Below are positions 26,690 through 38,700 of a stretch of 64,000 bases of DNA, piece by piece; the stretch's first letter is position 1, and every line of letters starts with the position of its first letter. The stretch is taken from positions 57,972,001 through 58,036,000 of the forward strand of contig CM052816.1 of the NCBI GenBank assembly GCA_028534125.1. The letters run 5' to 3'. The notes beneath the pieces were generated by a model that saw only the letters and a program-made list of their open reading frames with translations, was not told where the DNA came from and did not search any database. Origin of the DNA: Lama glama (taxonomy: Eukaryota). The position numbers were made by a program, and so were the translations under genes.

Positions 26690-27575
26690 ATATTTTTCCC
26701 TGGCTGTAAAATACTATGTGCCTACCGTGTAAAATGTAAAAAATACAGAAAAAGATAAGGAAGAAACTTAAAATAATGTGTTGACCCACTACTCAGTGAT
26801 AACCCATATTAAAACGTGGGTGTGTTTTGTCTAGGAATATGCAAAAATTATTTTGGAAAAAAATTGTGATCAAACTGAAAAATATTTTCATGTATCCTAC
26901 CCTTTTCACTCAACATTACACATCAGTAAAGATTCTTTAAATATATGCTTTATAATCTGGGCCAAACATTGCATCCTACTGATGAATTGTTTTTCACTAC
27001 ACTGTCCACTCTCATTGAGAACTTTGGTGCTTGTTTCCAGTTTTTCACATATATATAAATAATGTGACAGTAAGCTCTTTTCGTATGTGTGTATGCATAT
27101 CTCTGCTTATTTCCACAGAATAAATTCCCTGTAGGGAATTACTGAGTAAAGGGTGTGAGCATTGTTAAGGCGGCTGATATATATTAAAAAATTCCATTCC
27201 AGAAAGGTTACTTATATCCAAATAGCAGAATATGAAGTTGCATCTCTTGTCCTCTTTGCCAATCATGAACAGTATAATTTGTTATAAAGCCTTACAATTT
27301 ATAGGTAAAATTTTGTATCTCATTGTGTTCACTTGTATTTCTTGAGGTTGAGTGTTATTTATGCTATTATTTTATGTTATGGGACCTTTTTTATCTCTCA
27401 CTTTTTACCCAACCCCCTCCATTCCCCGTTGTGTGTATGTCTCTGTATGTATGTGTAACTGAATGTTCATATCTACCCATTTCTCTATTGAAATGTTAAG
27501 ACTTCACTTACTAATGTGTAAATGCTCTTTATATAATAAGGATATTAAACTTTTGAGCTGTTACATTTGGAACAA
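26690..27575 (-). mobile_element. Old L1M fragment
   Basis: ttgtttccagtttt...aattccctgtagggaattactgagtaaagggt...ttccagaaaggtt...tatctcattgtg...gctctttatataataaggatattaa is typical of antisense L1 ORF2/3' region relics. Confidence 0.75.
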
Positions 27576-29754
27576 ATACTTTGGGGATCACTTTTAAGTA
27601 TAAAAAGATTTAAAGTAACAAGACGTACTGGGATTTGTATTGTCACCAACATAGCAATAACTCATGCCACCTGCTGGTAAAAAAAACAAATCAGAGGGCA
27701 AGTCTTCATGTTCCTAAGACAGAATACAGAGTTAATACTTTTTCCATGCTGATTATATTGAAGTGTTGGAAACAACAAATGGTTGACTAGAGTTATTTAT
27801 GACATTTCATTGACGTGGATCCTATGACTAAGAATCTTTGTTCACATTTAAATGTTTATAAGGTTACTTCACTTAAATGGACAAAAAAAAAGCTTTGATT
27901 CATATCAGATATTATTAAGCAAAGTTTAGTTCTGAACCATCTCAAAGCCATCTCTGTTGCCAATTTTAGATGTAGGTATATGCGCCTTGTTTGACAGAAT
28001 CATGGTAACTGAAAACCCAAATTTAACAATCAGACAAATGGGAGAGAGGTGGTGTCATTTTTGTTTTAAAGAGGCATTTTTAGAAAGAGATATCTTCAAA
28101 CCAGAGTTTCTCCTACACAATGATATGTTCTAGTTATAGGTCATTTAAAATCATTAGAGGCTTAATTTAGCCAGGCAAATTAAGGGAAGATGCTGCCACG
28201 CTGCCACTTAATTTTGGATGAAGATGGGTCGTAACAGTTAAAGATCAGGTTTTCATGTAACTAAGCTGGAAAATATGATTTAATGTGTGGCTTACATGAA
28301 GCCACAGTTATGGAACACCTTTGTTGCCTGTGTGCCCCGAGTAAGCTGATCTAGAAAATACAATCCACTCCAAGGTTCTACAGAAACAGGCTGTCAAGAT
28401 GATGAACTACTACAGCAACAGGGCCAACAAGTCACTGATTTTACTCATATCCATGGAGGTCAACAGCCAAGCTACAGGACCCATCACCAAACGGTCTGAC
28501 GTCCCTAGGAAGATAAATGGAAAACCTGCTTTGTAAAAAGGCATCCTAATGAATGAGCTGAACTGACCTTGTGGAACTGTGAATTATCACCCGGCCCTTG
28601 AGAATGCTGATGTAAACAAAAATGCCAGTCACTCTAAGAGCCACACTGACTTGGTGTCCCACAAACACAGCCTTCAGTGACAGGGAAGGCACTTGGTCCT
28701 TTAGGGGGAAGAAGATGCAGAAATCTGAATCTCTCTACAACTTGTAGTGACTGAATGTAAAATACTCAAAACTGAGTTCATAAAATAAATTTTATACTGT
28801 CCTTGTCAAAAGAAAAAAACAACAAAACAAAGATTCACATATCATTCACTCATCTTAGCAACCTCTAGACAAGATTTTCCTTGTAGGCTGAGTCGGATTC
28901 AGCAGACAAATTTACAAGCTTGTAGTTTATATAATCAGGGGAGAACACAAAACAATTCAAGAATATACTCTAATTGGAAGGGAAGGGAGTGGCTGGCCAA
29001 CAATTAAGTAGAGAGAACAAAACATGAGCCCAGGTCTTATTTGGGGCAACTGAGAATGTTTCCCTTTTCCTACCATCTCAGCTATGAGGTCTGGGGAGGG
29101 GTGGGGCAGGTGGAGAACAGATTTTAAATTACCCCAGAGAACCAAACCCACAGATGACAAGCCTAGGATGACAGCACCACACTGAGAGACTGGAGAAGAC
29201 ACAACAAGGCACTGGGAAGACGACCCAAGTGCTCCACCAGCCACCCAGGAAAAGAGCTCTGGCCGTCTACAGAGAGCAATTTCAGCTTCCAGAAGCAACT
29301 GCCAACCTCCTGTTTATAATCCGTCTCCTACAAATTCCAGTTACATTCAGGTACCGTGTAGGAAGAGAGCTGTCCTGTATTTCAGCTAATCCCAGCAGTG
29401 CTGGAGGTGGGTATGAAGGAAACAACGGCAAACTTCCATAAATTCAGGAGAAGAACTGAAGAGAAACTTGGAGAGAGCACACGTACCCAGGTATGTCTAG
29501 TGCAGTAACTGGCACTTTTCATCACAGGTAGGTGCTCAGCCCGAGTCAGTGCCTTCTCCTTTCTCATCTCACGGGAGGGCAACGGGAGAGGTGGTTCACA
29601 GGGCCTAGTCCTTTCGAGAACATTCACACAGAGCTTGGAACATCCAGGTTTCCTTCCAACCAGATAACCAAATACACTGACTATGAAGAATTGCAACTGA
29701 AGACTTTTGGTCAAATCCCACTGTGCTATACCTCAAAACCAAAGATGGTCCAGA

Positions 29755-30254
29755 NNNNNNNNNNNNNNNNNNNNNNNNNNNNNNNNNNNNNNNNNNNNNN
29801 NNNNNNNNNNNNNNNNNNNNNNNNNNNNNNNNNNNNNNNNNNNNNNNNNNNNNNNNNNNNNNNNNNNNNNNNNNNNNNNNNNNNNNNNNNNNNNNNNNNN
29901 NNNNNNNNNNNNNNNNNNNNNNNNNNNNNNNNNNNNNNNNNNNNNNNNNNNNNNNNNNNNNNNNNNNNNNNNNNNNNNNNNNNNNNNNNNNNNNNNNNNN
30001 NNNNNNNNNNNNNNNNNNNNNNNNNNNNNNNNNNNNNNNNNNNNNNNNNNNNNNNNNNNNNNNNNNNNNNNNNNNNNNNNNNNNNNNNNNNNNNNNNNNN
30101 NNNNNNNNNNNNNNNNNNNNNNNNNNNNNNNNNNNNNNNNNNNNNNNNNNNNNNNNNNNNNNNNNNNNNNNNNNNNNNNNNNNNNNNNNNNNNNNNNNNN
30201 NNNNNNNNNNNNNNNNNNNNNNNNNNNNNNNNNNNNNNNNNNNNNNNNNNNNNN
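29755..30254. other. Assembly gap (500 N)
   Basis: Run of N. The round size suggests a placeholder, so the true length is unknown. Confidence 1.
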
Positions 30255-32619
30255 TCTTATTTCTAAAATATCCTTCTAATGAGTAACCATCAGCTAGGTA
30301 ACAGGACCTGAAAAGTCAGATGAGAAAAGAGAAATAGCTTACCAGCTGCCTTTCAAAGCAACACAGAAATGAAAATGGAAAGGCCCCAGGGCAATGCGGA
30401 TGGAAAAGTATCACTCGGCAAGAGGGCCTGATCTGGACCAGATTCAGCCTTCTTCACAGGACGACTCTGTTCCCAAGAAACTGGATGCTTAGAAAATTCT
30501 GGTGTCCAAATATAGAGAACTAAGAAACATTATAAGGGTTTGAAAATCTCCCAAGAAAAATCTGTGGGAACTTTTCAAAATTCTTCCAATGCTTTGGCAA
30601 AATTCAAAACGATGGAAATTCCAGAGCCTGTCTAATCCAGGGACCCGCCATCTCCTCAGTGTCACAGCTCCTAGGTCCACGCTCCAGGGAGGGAATCTAG
30701 TCTGGCAGGAATCTAGGTCTGTGTCTGCAAGAGGCAGAGAGAAATGGCGAGACAAACGGAAAGGAGAGGTTGCCTCCTTTACACACTCAGAACACTGTTT
30801 TCCGAAAGGAAATTATTTTTGCAGATGAAACACAGCAGCCAAAAGGTTCTAGGCACAGCCCTGAGGCGCAGGCACCACTGCTAGTTAACTCCACTGTACA
30901 GACGAACAAACTGAGGTTCAGGCAATTCAGCTGCCCAAGATCACATCACTAAGTGAAAACGAGAGCTTTCTGGCACCGAGTCATTGGTAGTTTGCTTCAA
31001 AGGAGGGCAGGGCTCCCCTTCTTAAGCCTGATCATGATTTTCTTCCTACGTTTATTTTTGTTGGAGCAGTTGGAAATGATTGATGTAAATTATGTTCTTC
31101 CATGGACTCAGTTCTGGGAGCAAAGCATCCTTGACATCAGGCCTCTCTCCCTGATTAATCAGTTGATTTTTTTCCATATGGGAAAGGAACTAAGCTTTCC
31201 CCTAAGAAGTAAGGAATGAGACTTTAAGACATACTCGATCAATGCCATCGTGAAAAAGGGAAACGTTTGAGAGGTCGATGGGACCAGTTGCCTGCACACC
31301 CTTTCTACCCAGCAGCAGCCACAGTCTTTGCTTGCTTTTTTGAACGTTTTCTGCAGGCCCAGGCCACTGTGGGCTTTGAGAAGAATGATATTCTGCTTTT
31401 GTAAGAAAAGGAACAGATTTCCCAGGCATGCTTTGTGTCCCAGACCCTTTCACTAATTGATAGAGGACCGCTCCAGAGCACACTGCCATTCACACAGTCA
31501 GCACATGGCTGCTTCTACGTTCAAGTTTTTTTATATTTTTTTTCCTTTTTAAAAATTTCTCCTATAAAATAAGACAACAGTTCCTGTTAATGAAATGAAG
31601 TAAAACCGAATTCTTCTTAAAGAAAACAAAAATGTCAGTAGGATTTCTCTCTTCATGCTAATCCCCTGTTTGAGAGGCAATGACATCATCCCACAGAAGC
31701 TGGGGACGAATGTAATGTCTGCCGTAATTACAGGCTTAAAATGCAGACTGAGGGAGGTGGCTGCAAGGTGCAGGCAAGCCCTTCCCACTGGGCCCTCTCT
31801 GAGAATACAATCGGACCCACGGATGCAGTGGAGTCTTGCTGGGACGATACTAAAAGAGGCGAAATCAAAGCACTACCTCGGCCATGGATTCAGGCTTGAT
31901 TTTCTGATGCAAACTTTATAATCCCCAAGTAACCATCTACATAAAATTGCATTTTCTCATTCACCAAATCAAACTGTAGTGTCACAAAAAACAGCATGTA
32001 CACACATAAAACTGTCACTCACAAACATGTGGAAACTAAAGATAAAAAAGAAAGCTGTATTTCACAAGTTTTCATGTAGTGACAATAAGAAGGAACATGG
32101 TACTTTTGGCAGAAGCTAGAAGTTGCGGGAAAGGATCTTCTACAATACCATCAAGAAGAGAGGGATTTATATAAACTTTTGAAATGTGCAAAGCCCTGAT
32201 TATATAAAGAGAAATGAAAAAAGTTGGCTCTAGGGGACTTCAAATACAGAGAACTGATAATGTTATAAAGAAATCATAAGCCTGAACAAATTATGCTTGA
32301 ATAAAATTGTAGATTTTATAGAGTAGCAAATGTTACAGGTCACCTGAACATTATATCAAGATGAATCAGCTTTTCCTGCTAACATTTCTAACTCATTTCC
32401 TTGATCAGCAGGTTAAAAGCATTAATCATTCACAAAGATTTTCCTCTTTTTTAAAAGCACTGTAATCTGAAAATCTCTTTTAAAAAAGATAACATTTGGT
32501 AAACTATTGGTGTATAATACAAAATATCTGCACATAATTTAAAATAAGGATGGTATGCTGTTTACCATGAAACCAAATTTATCAGAGAATGTGTTTTGCA
32601 CAAGTGACACGTGTAATTA

Positions 32620-32689
32620 TCTTTTTTAATTTTTTGTATTTTTTTTAATTTAAGTATAGTCAGTTTACAATGTTGTGTCAATTTCTGGT
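32620..32689 (-). mobile_element. Very short L1 3'-terminal fragment with tail
   Basis: T-rich run plus aagtatagtcagtttacaatgttgtgtcaatttctggt, the reverse complement of an L1 terminus like 1140-1200. Flanks taattatctt / taattctctctt resemble a TSD. Confidence 0.75.
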
Positions 32690-33049
32690 TCTAATTCTCT
32701 CTTAAAAACACAATTTTGAAAGTGTATCCAAGATGCCAAAATGGTACTACACTCTAAGCATTACAGATTTCCACAAATGAAGATTATATCATTTAATTAT
32801 TATTTCGAGTGGGAATTAGGGAGGCTGGTGGTAGCTGAAATGCCTAATATCACCTTATCCAAATTCATTAATTTTTGAAATACTCACATAAAATCAGAAA
32901 AACTGATCACAGTGATTTTAAAGTAAAGAGACGGCCATATGCTGAAAAGTGGTGGGCAGAGAGGTTCAGCAGGGGGAGAAAGAACTGAAATGAAATACAC
33001 ATTTTTTTGAACACCCTTAAACATACACCCCACCCCAGGAAAACGGTAC

Positions 33050-33295
33050 ATATATTAACAATAGCTAACGCTGGTAGAGCACCTAGTATGTTCCAGCCAA
33101 TCTTTAAATGCTTTACGTGTCCTGATGCCACCAAATTTCCGTAAATCCTTTATAAAGTAGATTTACAGATGAGGAACATCACTCCTCTATAAGATAGGTT
33201 TATATGAGGAAACCAGTACAAAGAACATAAGCATGAGATGGAGCTTGTATTTGGACTTGGGCACTCTAGTTCCTGAGTCCCGCCCTTCACTATTT
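33050..33295 (-). mobile_element. MIR SINE (degenerate)
   Basis: aacaatagctaac...gagcacctagtatgttccag...taaatgctttacgtg...tttacagatgaggaa. Confidence 0.65.
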
Positions 33296-33989
33296 TGCTG
33301 GACTCAAGAGACGTTGGAAAGGTTTTGAGTTACTCTTTAAACATCTGCCCCTAAGTCTAGGGCGCAAAGACCAAAAAGAGGTCTCAGTTCCTCACTGCAG
33401 GGTGATTGACACCTCCATTCCCACTGCCCCCCCCCCACCTCTCCTCCAGCTACTCTCCTGTAGAACCCAGCAGAGACTAGGCGTAGGGGGAAGAAAAAAC
33501 TGCTGTCCTGCATTACAACTTGGGCCAAATGGTCTCTGAGAAAAAGTGTTTGTAAGTAGAAGCAGAGAGAGGAAGAACCCAGAGAGGAGTCAATGCTGAC
33601 ACGTGGCTTTCTCCCACCTTACTTGAATGAAGAACTGCAGGTGTCATCTCATTCTTGCTCAGAGGCAGAAGCTCTGACAGTGAAGGCAGACCATCTCTTC
33701 CCAGGCCTGCATCCCATGCCACACAAACACCTGCTGGACCACAGACACGGGATGGGGGCCATGCACCTGAACCTGACTTCCAGTGAAGCTGCCAGCACCC
33801 AAGTGGGCAGTGAGAATCACTAAGGAGCCTCTACAACCCTATCTGTTAGCAAATGCTGTGCCTCGGCAGACCTTTCTCTGTGCATAACAAGGAGAAAACA
33901 AATAGAAAAAATGGGACCACTGAAAAGACTCTGCAGCAAAAAAAAAAAAAAAAAGTATTGCCCTGAGGCTTGGTGGAAAACCCTATCTC

Positions 33990-34550
33990 TAAAAACAGCT
34001 TTCTAAAGGGAAAAAAATAAAATTTTAGAAAATGACAGTACAAAAGATGGCAGACATGGTCTCTGTGAAATGAGAATAAAACTAGAGTGGGCTGAATGAA
34101 TTCTGGGCAGCGATTTAAAAAGAAGTCAGCAGAATTAATAAAAGAATTCTAGGAAAGACAAAACGCAACTGCAGAATTTAAATTGGCAGTAAAGGGCAGA
34201 ACAAACCCTGCAGAACACTGACAGTGATGTACAAGACAAGCATGAGGTGTTCTCCTAGGACACGTGGAGGATCAAAGAGAAAATGACGAGACAGAGGATG
34301 AGTATAAGAACAAGTTCTATTATAAGAATCTTACATACTGTAAAGGCCGAAATCAGAACCACAGGAACAGAAACAATGACAAGGATGTACAGAAAAGAAC
34401 TTTACACCTGAAGAAAGACCAAAGTCTGCAGATTGAAAGGGTTCAAAAGAGCATTTCAGAAAAAAAAAATATGAAAAATACTTCTATATCGACATTCCTT
34501 TACAACATATTTTCATTTCAGGTAGCGTCAGAAGAGTAGTCAAGATTTAG
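33990..34550 (+). mobile_element. Probable ancient L1 ORF1-region relic
   Basis: A-rich stretch with cctgaagaaagaccaaagtctgcagattgaaaggg, reminiscent of L1 ORF1 (SLQIER-type) coding sequence. Confidence 0.5.
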
Positions 34551-35439
34551 GAGTGAACAAATGACTGAAAAAGTTAACCTGCATGCAACAGAACTTTTAA
34601 CACCCTCACATATAGACCAAGAAAGCCTGTTTGTTCTATACTAGGTTTAATGGTAAAGTCAGGTTTTATTTTTTCCAATAAAGGACACTAGTATGGGTTA
34701 TTTGCTATAGTCATATCCTCCAGGCTAAAGAAAAGGTATTTTTAAATGGAAAAGTTGAGTTTTTAGATATATCTTCAAGTAGGGTAAATGACCAATGCCC
34801 AGAGATGTGATGCAAGAAAAGCTGCTTATAATTGGTCTGAAAAAAAGAAAACATCAGTAAGAGACACCTGGCCTAACAGCCTGGCAGTTACCAGGGGAGC
34901 ACCCCTCCGGTGGGCTCAGGGAGACACTGGACAGAAGGCACCACACGACGTCTAAGCACCACGTACGTGCGGGGTGTTCCCGAGGGGCTTGGGAATCATC
35001 ATTATTTCACAACACAAGCCTGCAAATTATGATACAGAAATTTTGGTGGCTTCACTTCCCTATCATCGGGATTTTTGCAGCCCAGCAAATCTGTAATTAA
35101 ACCCATGCTTTTAAGAAGCTAATGAATATTCAGATAGTTCTCTTTTCTTTTCATTCTTAACTCAGAGCAAAGTAGTGGAATCCTTACAAGAACGCTAGTA
35201 TCTTCGCAGAAATATTTCAAAATCATGTCTATTTATTTGATTGTTCCTATTTCCTAACAAATGTGGGACTGTAACCTCACATTGATCCCTGTGAAAGTCA
35301 AGAAGTATTTGTATACTCTAGAACCTATAAAACTAGGCCGAATGGCTAATGTTACATTAAAAGGAAAACATAAATACAGTGTCCAATGTTTAAAAAAAAA
35401 ATAAAAAGCATTCGTCACAAATCTCAGCTCTACAGTTCT

Positions 35440-35705
35440 CTCACTTTTCCCTTAGAGGTCATCTTCCTCTTTTATATCTTTATATAGCACCATATTCACT
35501 TCCCTGGTACTTAGCACAGACTGTGATGTGTATTTATATGACTATGTGATTATTGTCTACCTACTTACCTTGACTAAGAGCTCCATGGGAGAGCATGTAG
35601 GGACTGTGGATTTATTTATTTTGCTTATTATTGTTAACCTTAGTATTTGACACAGTACCAGACCCAGTAAGACAAGCAATATGTGTTTGTGAAATGAATA
35701 CATTG
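35440..35705 (+). mobile_element. L2 3' end
   Basis: gactaagagctccatgggagagc...acacagtaccagacccagtaagacaagcaatatgtgtttgtgaaatgaat. Confidence 0.65.
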
Positions 35706-38700
35706 AGTATACATGTTTTCATTTACTATTCAGCCAAGCAAGTTATTGTATAAAGTTCTCTGGAATTCTTAGAATACAAATAACACATCTTGGCTTTACA
35801 CATTAGCAATGCATATCAATTTTGCATGCAAACCATTTTTTTAAATACTTGAATGACTTTGTTTTTTTTTTTTTACTATAGGTTGGTATTATGTCACCGA
35901 GTATTAAATATAAAAGGGATTTTAAAGATGATGAAACTGGTACATAAATGCTAACACAAATTTGTCCACAACAGCACAAATCTACTCAGCAGTAAAACTG
36001 GGATTGGAACATATTTTCTATCCTCCACCTCCATCCTCCAAGGGTTCTGTCCATTGCTTCTCAAGACACTGGCTCTTAACCATAGCTTTTAGGTTACCAA
36101 GTCTCTGAAAGTAATTGATAGTTTGTAAATAAACATTTTCCCACATTTCAATGTTTAAAGGAAATTTGTAATAAAGACATTGTTTGCATATAAACAATCA
36201 CTGCAAATTTTCAGATTCCTTATGCAGCTTATTTTTCAAACCTAAGAGCAAATTATGGTTTCTCAAACCCACAACATCTCTACATTCACTGTCATACACA
36301 AAGTAAGGCAGTACTATGTGCCAGGCACTGCTCTATGGCTCTTTATTAAGGGACATTAGCCTAAGACCTCCTTAGTTCTACGGTTATGACATAATTGCAT
36401 TCCTTTTCCCTTAACATTCAGTTGCAACTGGGAAAAAGCCATTTCTGAAAAGTTAGAATTCTAGAAGATTAAAAATCTAGCTCTACGATTATTTGATTCA
36501 AGGTCTTTGGTCTCAGCATTTCTCAAAGTAGGTTTTTGTTCGGTTGTTTTTTTCTTTTCCTTCTTTTTAAGTTGTAAGTTGGAGTTTGGTTTTCTTTGAG
36601 CAACTAGTTTCATATTTTTTGAGTCTGCTTACCAAGCATAGAAAATCCATTTGTAGACTAAAGGATTCCAGCAACAGAAATTTCTATCTGATGATGGAAT
36701 CATTTTTCGAAACAACCCCAGAGTGAGTCAATTTGCCAAATTATTTCATTTATATTTATATGCTGGAATGTTATTCCAAAGACTCCAAAGAGTCTCTCTG
36801 TTCTATGTATAAAACAAAGCAAAAATAAGACACAGTATAATAGTGTGCATAACAAATACATAATGTGATGCTTTAAAATAACCCAAACCAGCATTATTTT
36901 TAGGAAAGAAGGTTGTGACTGGGGAGTGGGGATGGGCATATTAGGAAAAACAGGAAGAAGAAAAGAGAAATGAAATAGATGACAGGGGATGGGGGGAACG
37001 GCATGAGTGATACAGATGACAAAACAATGGAAGGAAAAAAGAGGTAAACCTGCAAGAAATGTCACTTTTTCACCAACAGATATTACCTGGATGTTCTAAT
37101 GCTTCGTTAAAAGGCAAAGATGTTTTTGAAATAATATAAAAGCAAACTCATTCACACAAACATATTATTACATATATGCATGTAAATGTTCACACAATTT
37201 TAGCCACATGCCTGTCTATTCCTAGAATCTAAAGCTATTCTGGACAATCTTGAAGCACGGGTGATACGCCTTTAATCTTGTTTCTTACTTCCTTTACCAC
37301 TGAGTTGGATCTGCATGTTTATTAGCTCAGCAGGAGGAAGACGGCATAATGAAGACAATTACCTACTTTAAAAGGCATTTTTTCATATGCAGGAGACATA
37401 GGAAGCAGAAAAGAAAAGTGGTTAGGGCTTAGAATTGGGACGCACTGGTTGTATGTACAACAACGTAAATGCAGTGGGCTCACGCATATTTTGCAAACTC
37501 ACATTTTTTATGCTACCAGGAAGACTACCATCTTGCCTTTCTCCATACTTCCCTTCTTTCTCTACAGCAGTTCTGATTTCCTTTGCAATATTCAGAACCA
37601 ATTACTCTTTTCGAAGCAGTATGATAGCCAGGGATATTCACTGTTCCATACAGAAATTACAATCACATTAGTGTTGAGGTGGCCATTTGGCCAACTCAAT
37701 ACAAATGGTTTGCTCACTAATGTTTCAGGAATAAGACCTTGCTTCCAGTTAGCACACCCCTGTGTAGACAGTGTAGTTACCAGTGACCAGTGTTTGTAAC
37801 AGGGACCCAAAGCACAGGGGACTTTCGTCCTGAATCATCCAAGGAAGACTCAGATTGTTCTGAGTTTGGGTTCCAAGCAAGTGGCAAAGTGTGTTCTCCT
37901 GTGTGAGTCCATCTCTTCTGGCCTGTGCTTCAATAAAATGCCAACATTTGCCCAGAAAGTACAATAGCTCTCTATTAAAACCTCCCTTCGAAAATATCAC
38001 TCCAATTGGGAGGACAAAGGAATAACAGATTTCTAAGTACATGTTTTCTATAAATGGCTTAAATATATTTCTTTTGGGGCTAAAGAAATTTCATTTATGA
38101 AGTCTAAGTCAGTTCTACATAAATACGAGGGCATACAACTGGATTCTAAAGCTTTCAAAAAAATTAATAATCTCACAAGGAATGAAGGCAACTCTCTATC
38201 ACCTAGAACATTTGATTAACCAGATCATCATTCTTCTCCTCCACAGAGGTAATATGAACAATGTGTTTTGTACATAAATTATTTCACTTGGGTTTCAGAA
38301 CACTGTAAGGTTTGCTGTAAAAATAATATTACATATAGGTCATAGGGAGTGAATTAAACATTTTGTGTGAACATGACCAAATTAGGGATAGGACAAATTG
38401 AAACTGTTAGCTCAAAAATATTAGATATCAAGAGTCAATCACATGATGCATTACCACAAAAATCACTTTTCCTTTTAGACAGTCATGGCTTTCTGATAAC
38501 GATTACCTGCATGCAAGTTGTAAACCGTCAGTAATAATTTGATTTGAGCATTGCTTCCCCAGGGCATTCATATTTGCATGTACTGACTCGTTAAATTGTG
38601 CTGTGCTAATTGACAGTTCACGTGAAAAGATATGCATAGCTGATCATGCTTATTAAAATGCAGACCATTCTCAATTATCCAGAACAAACGAGGTCTGGCA

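Noticed and set aside
29532..30286. Three long ORFs of 187-244 aa
   Set aside because: Artefacts of the N gap.
34264..34539. 91-aa charged ORF (MEDQRENDETEDEYK...)
   Set aside because: A-rich sequence that is probably a decayed L1 ORF1 region. It has a GTG start and no exon context.
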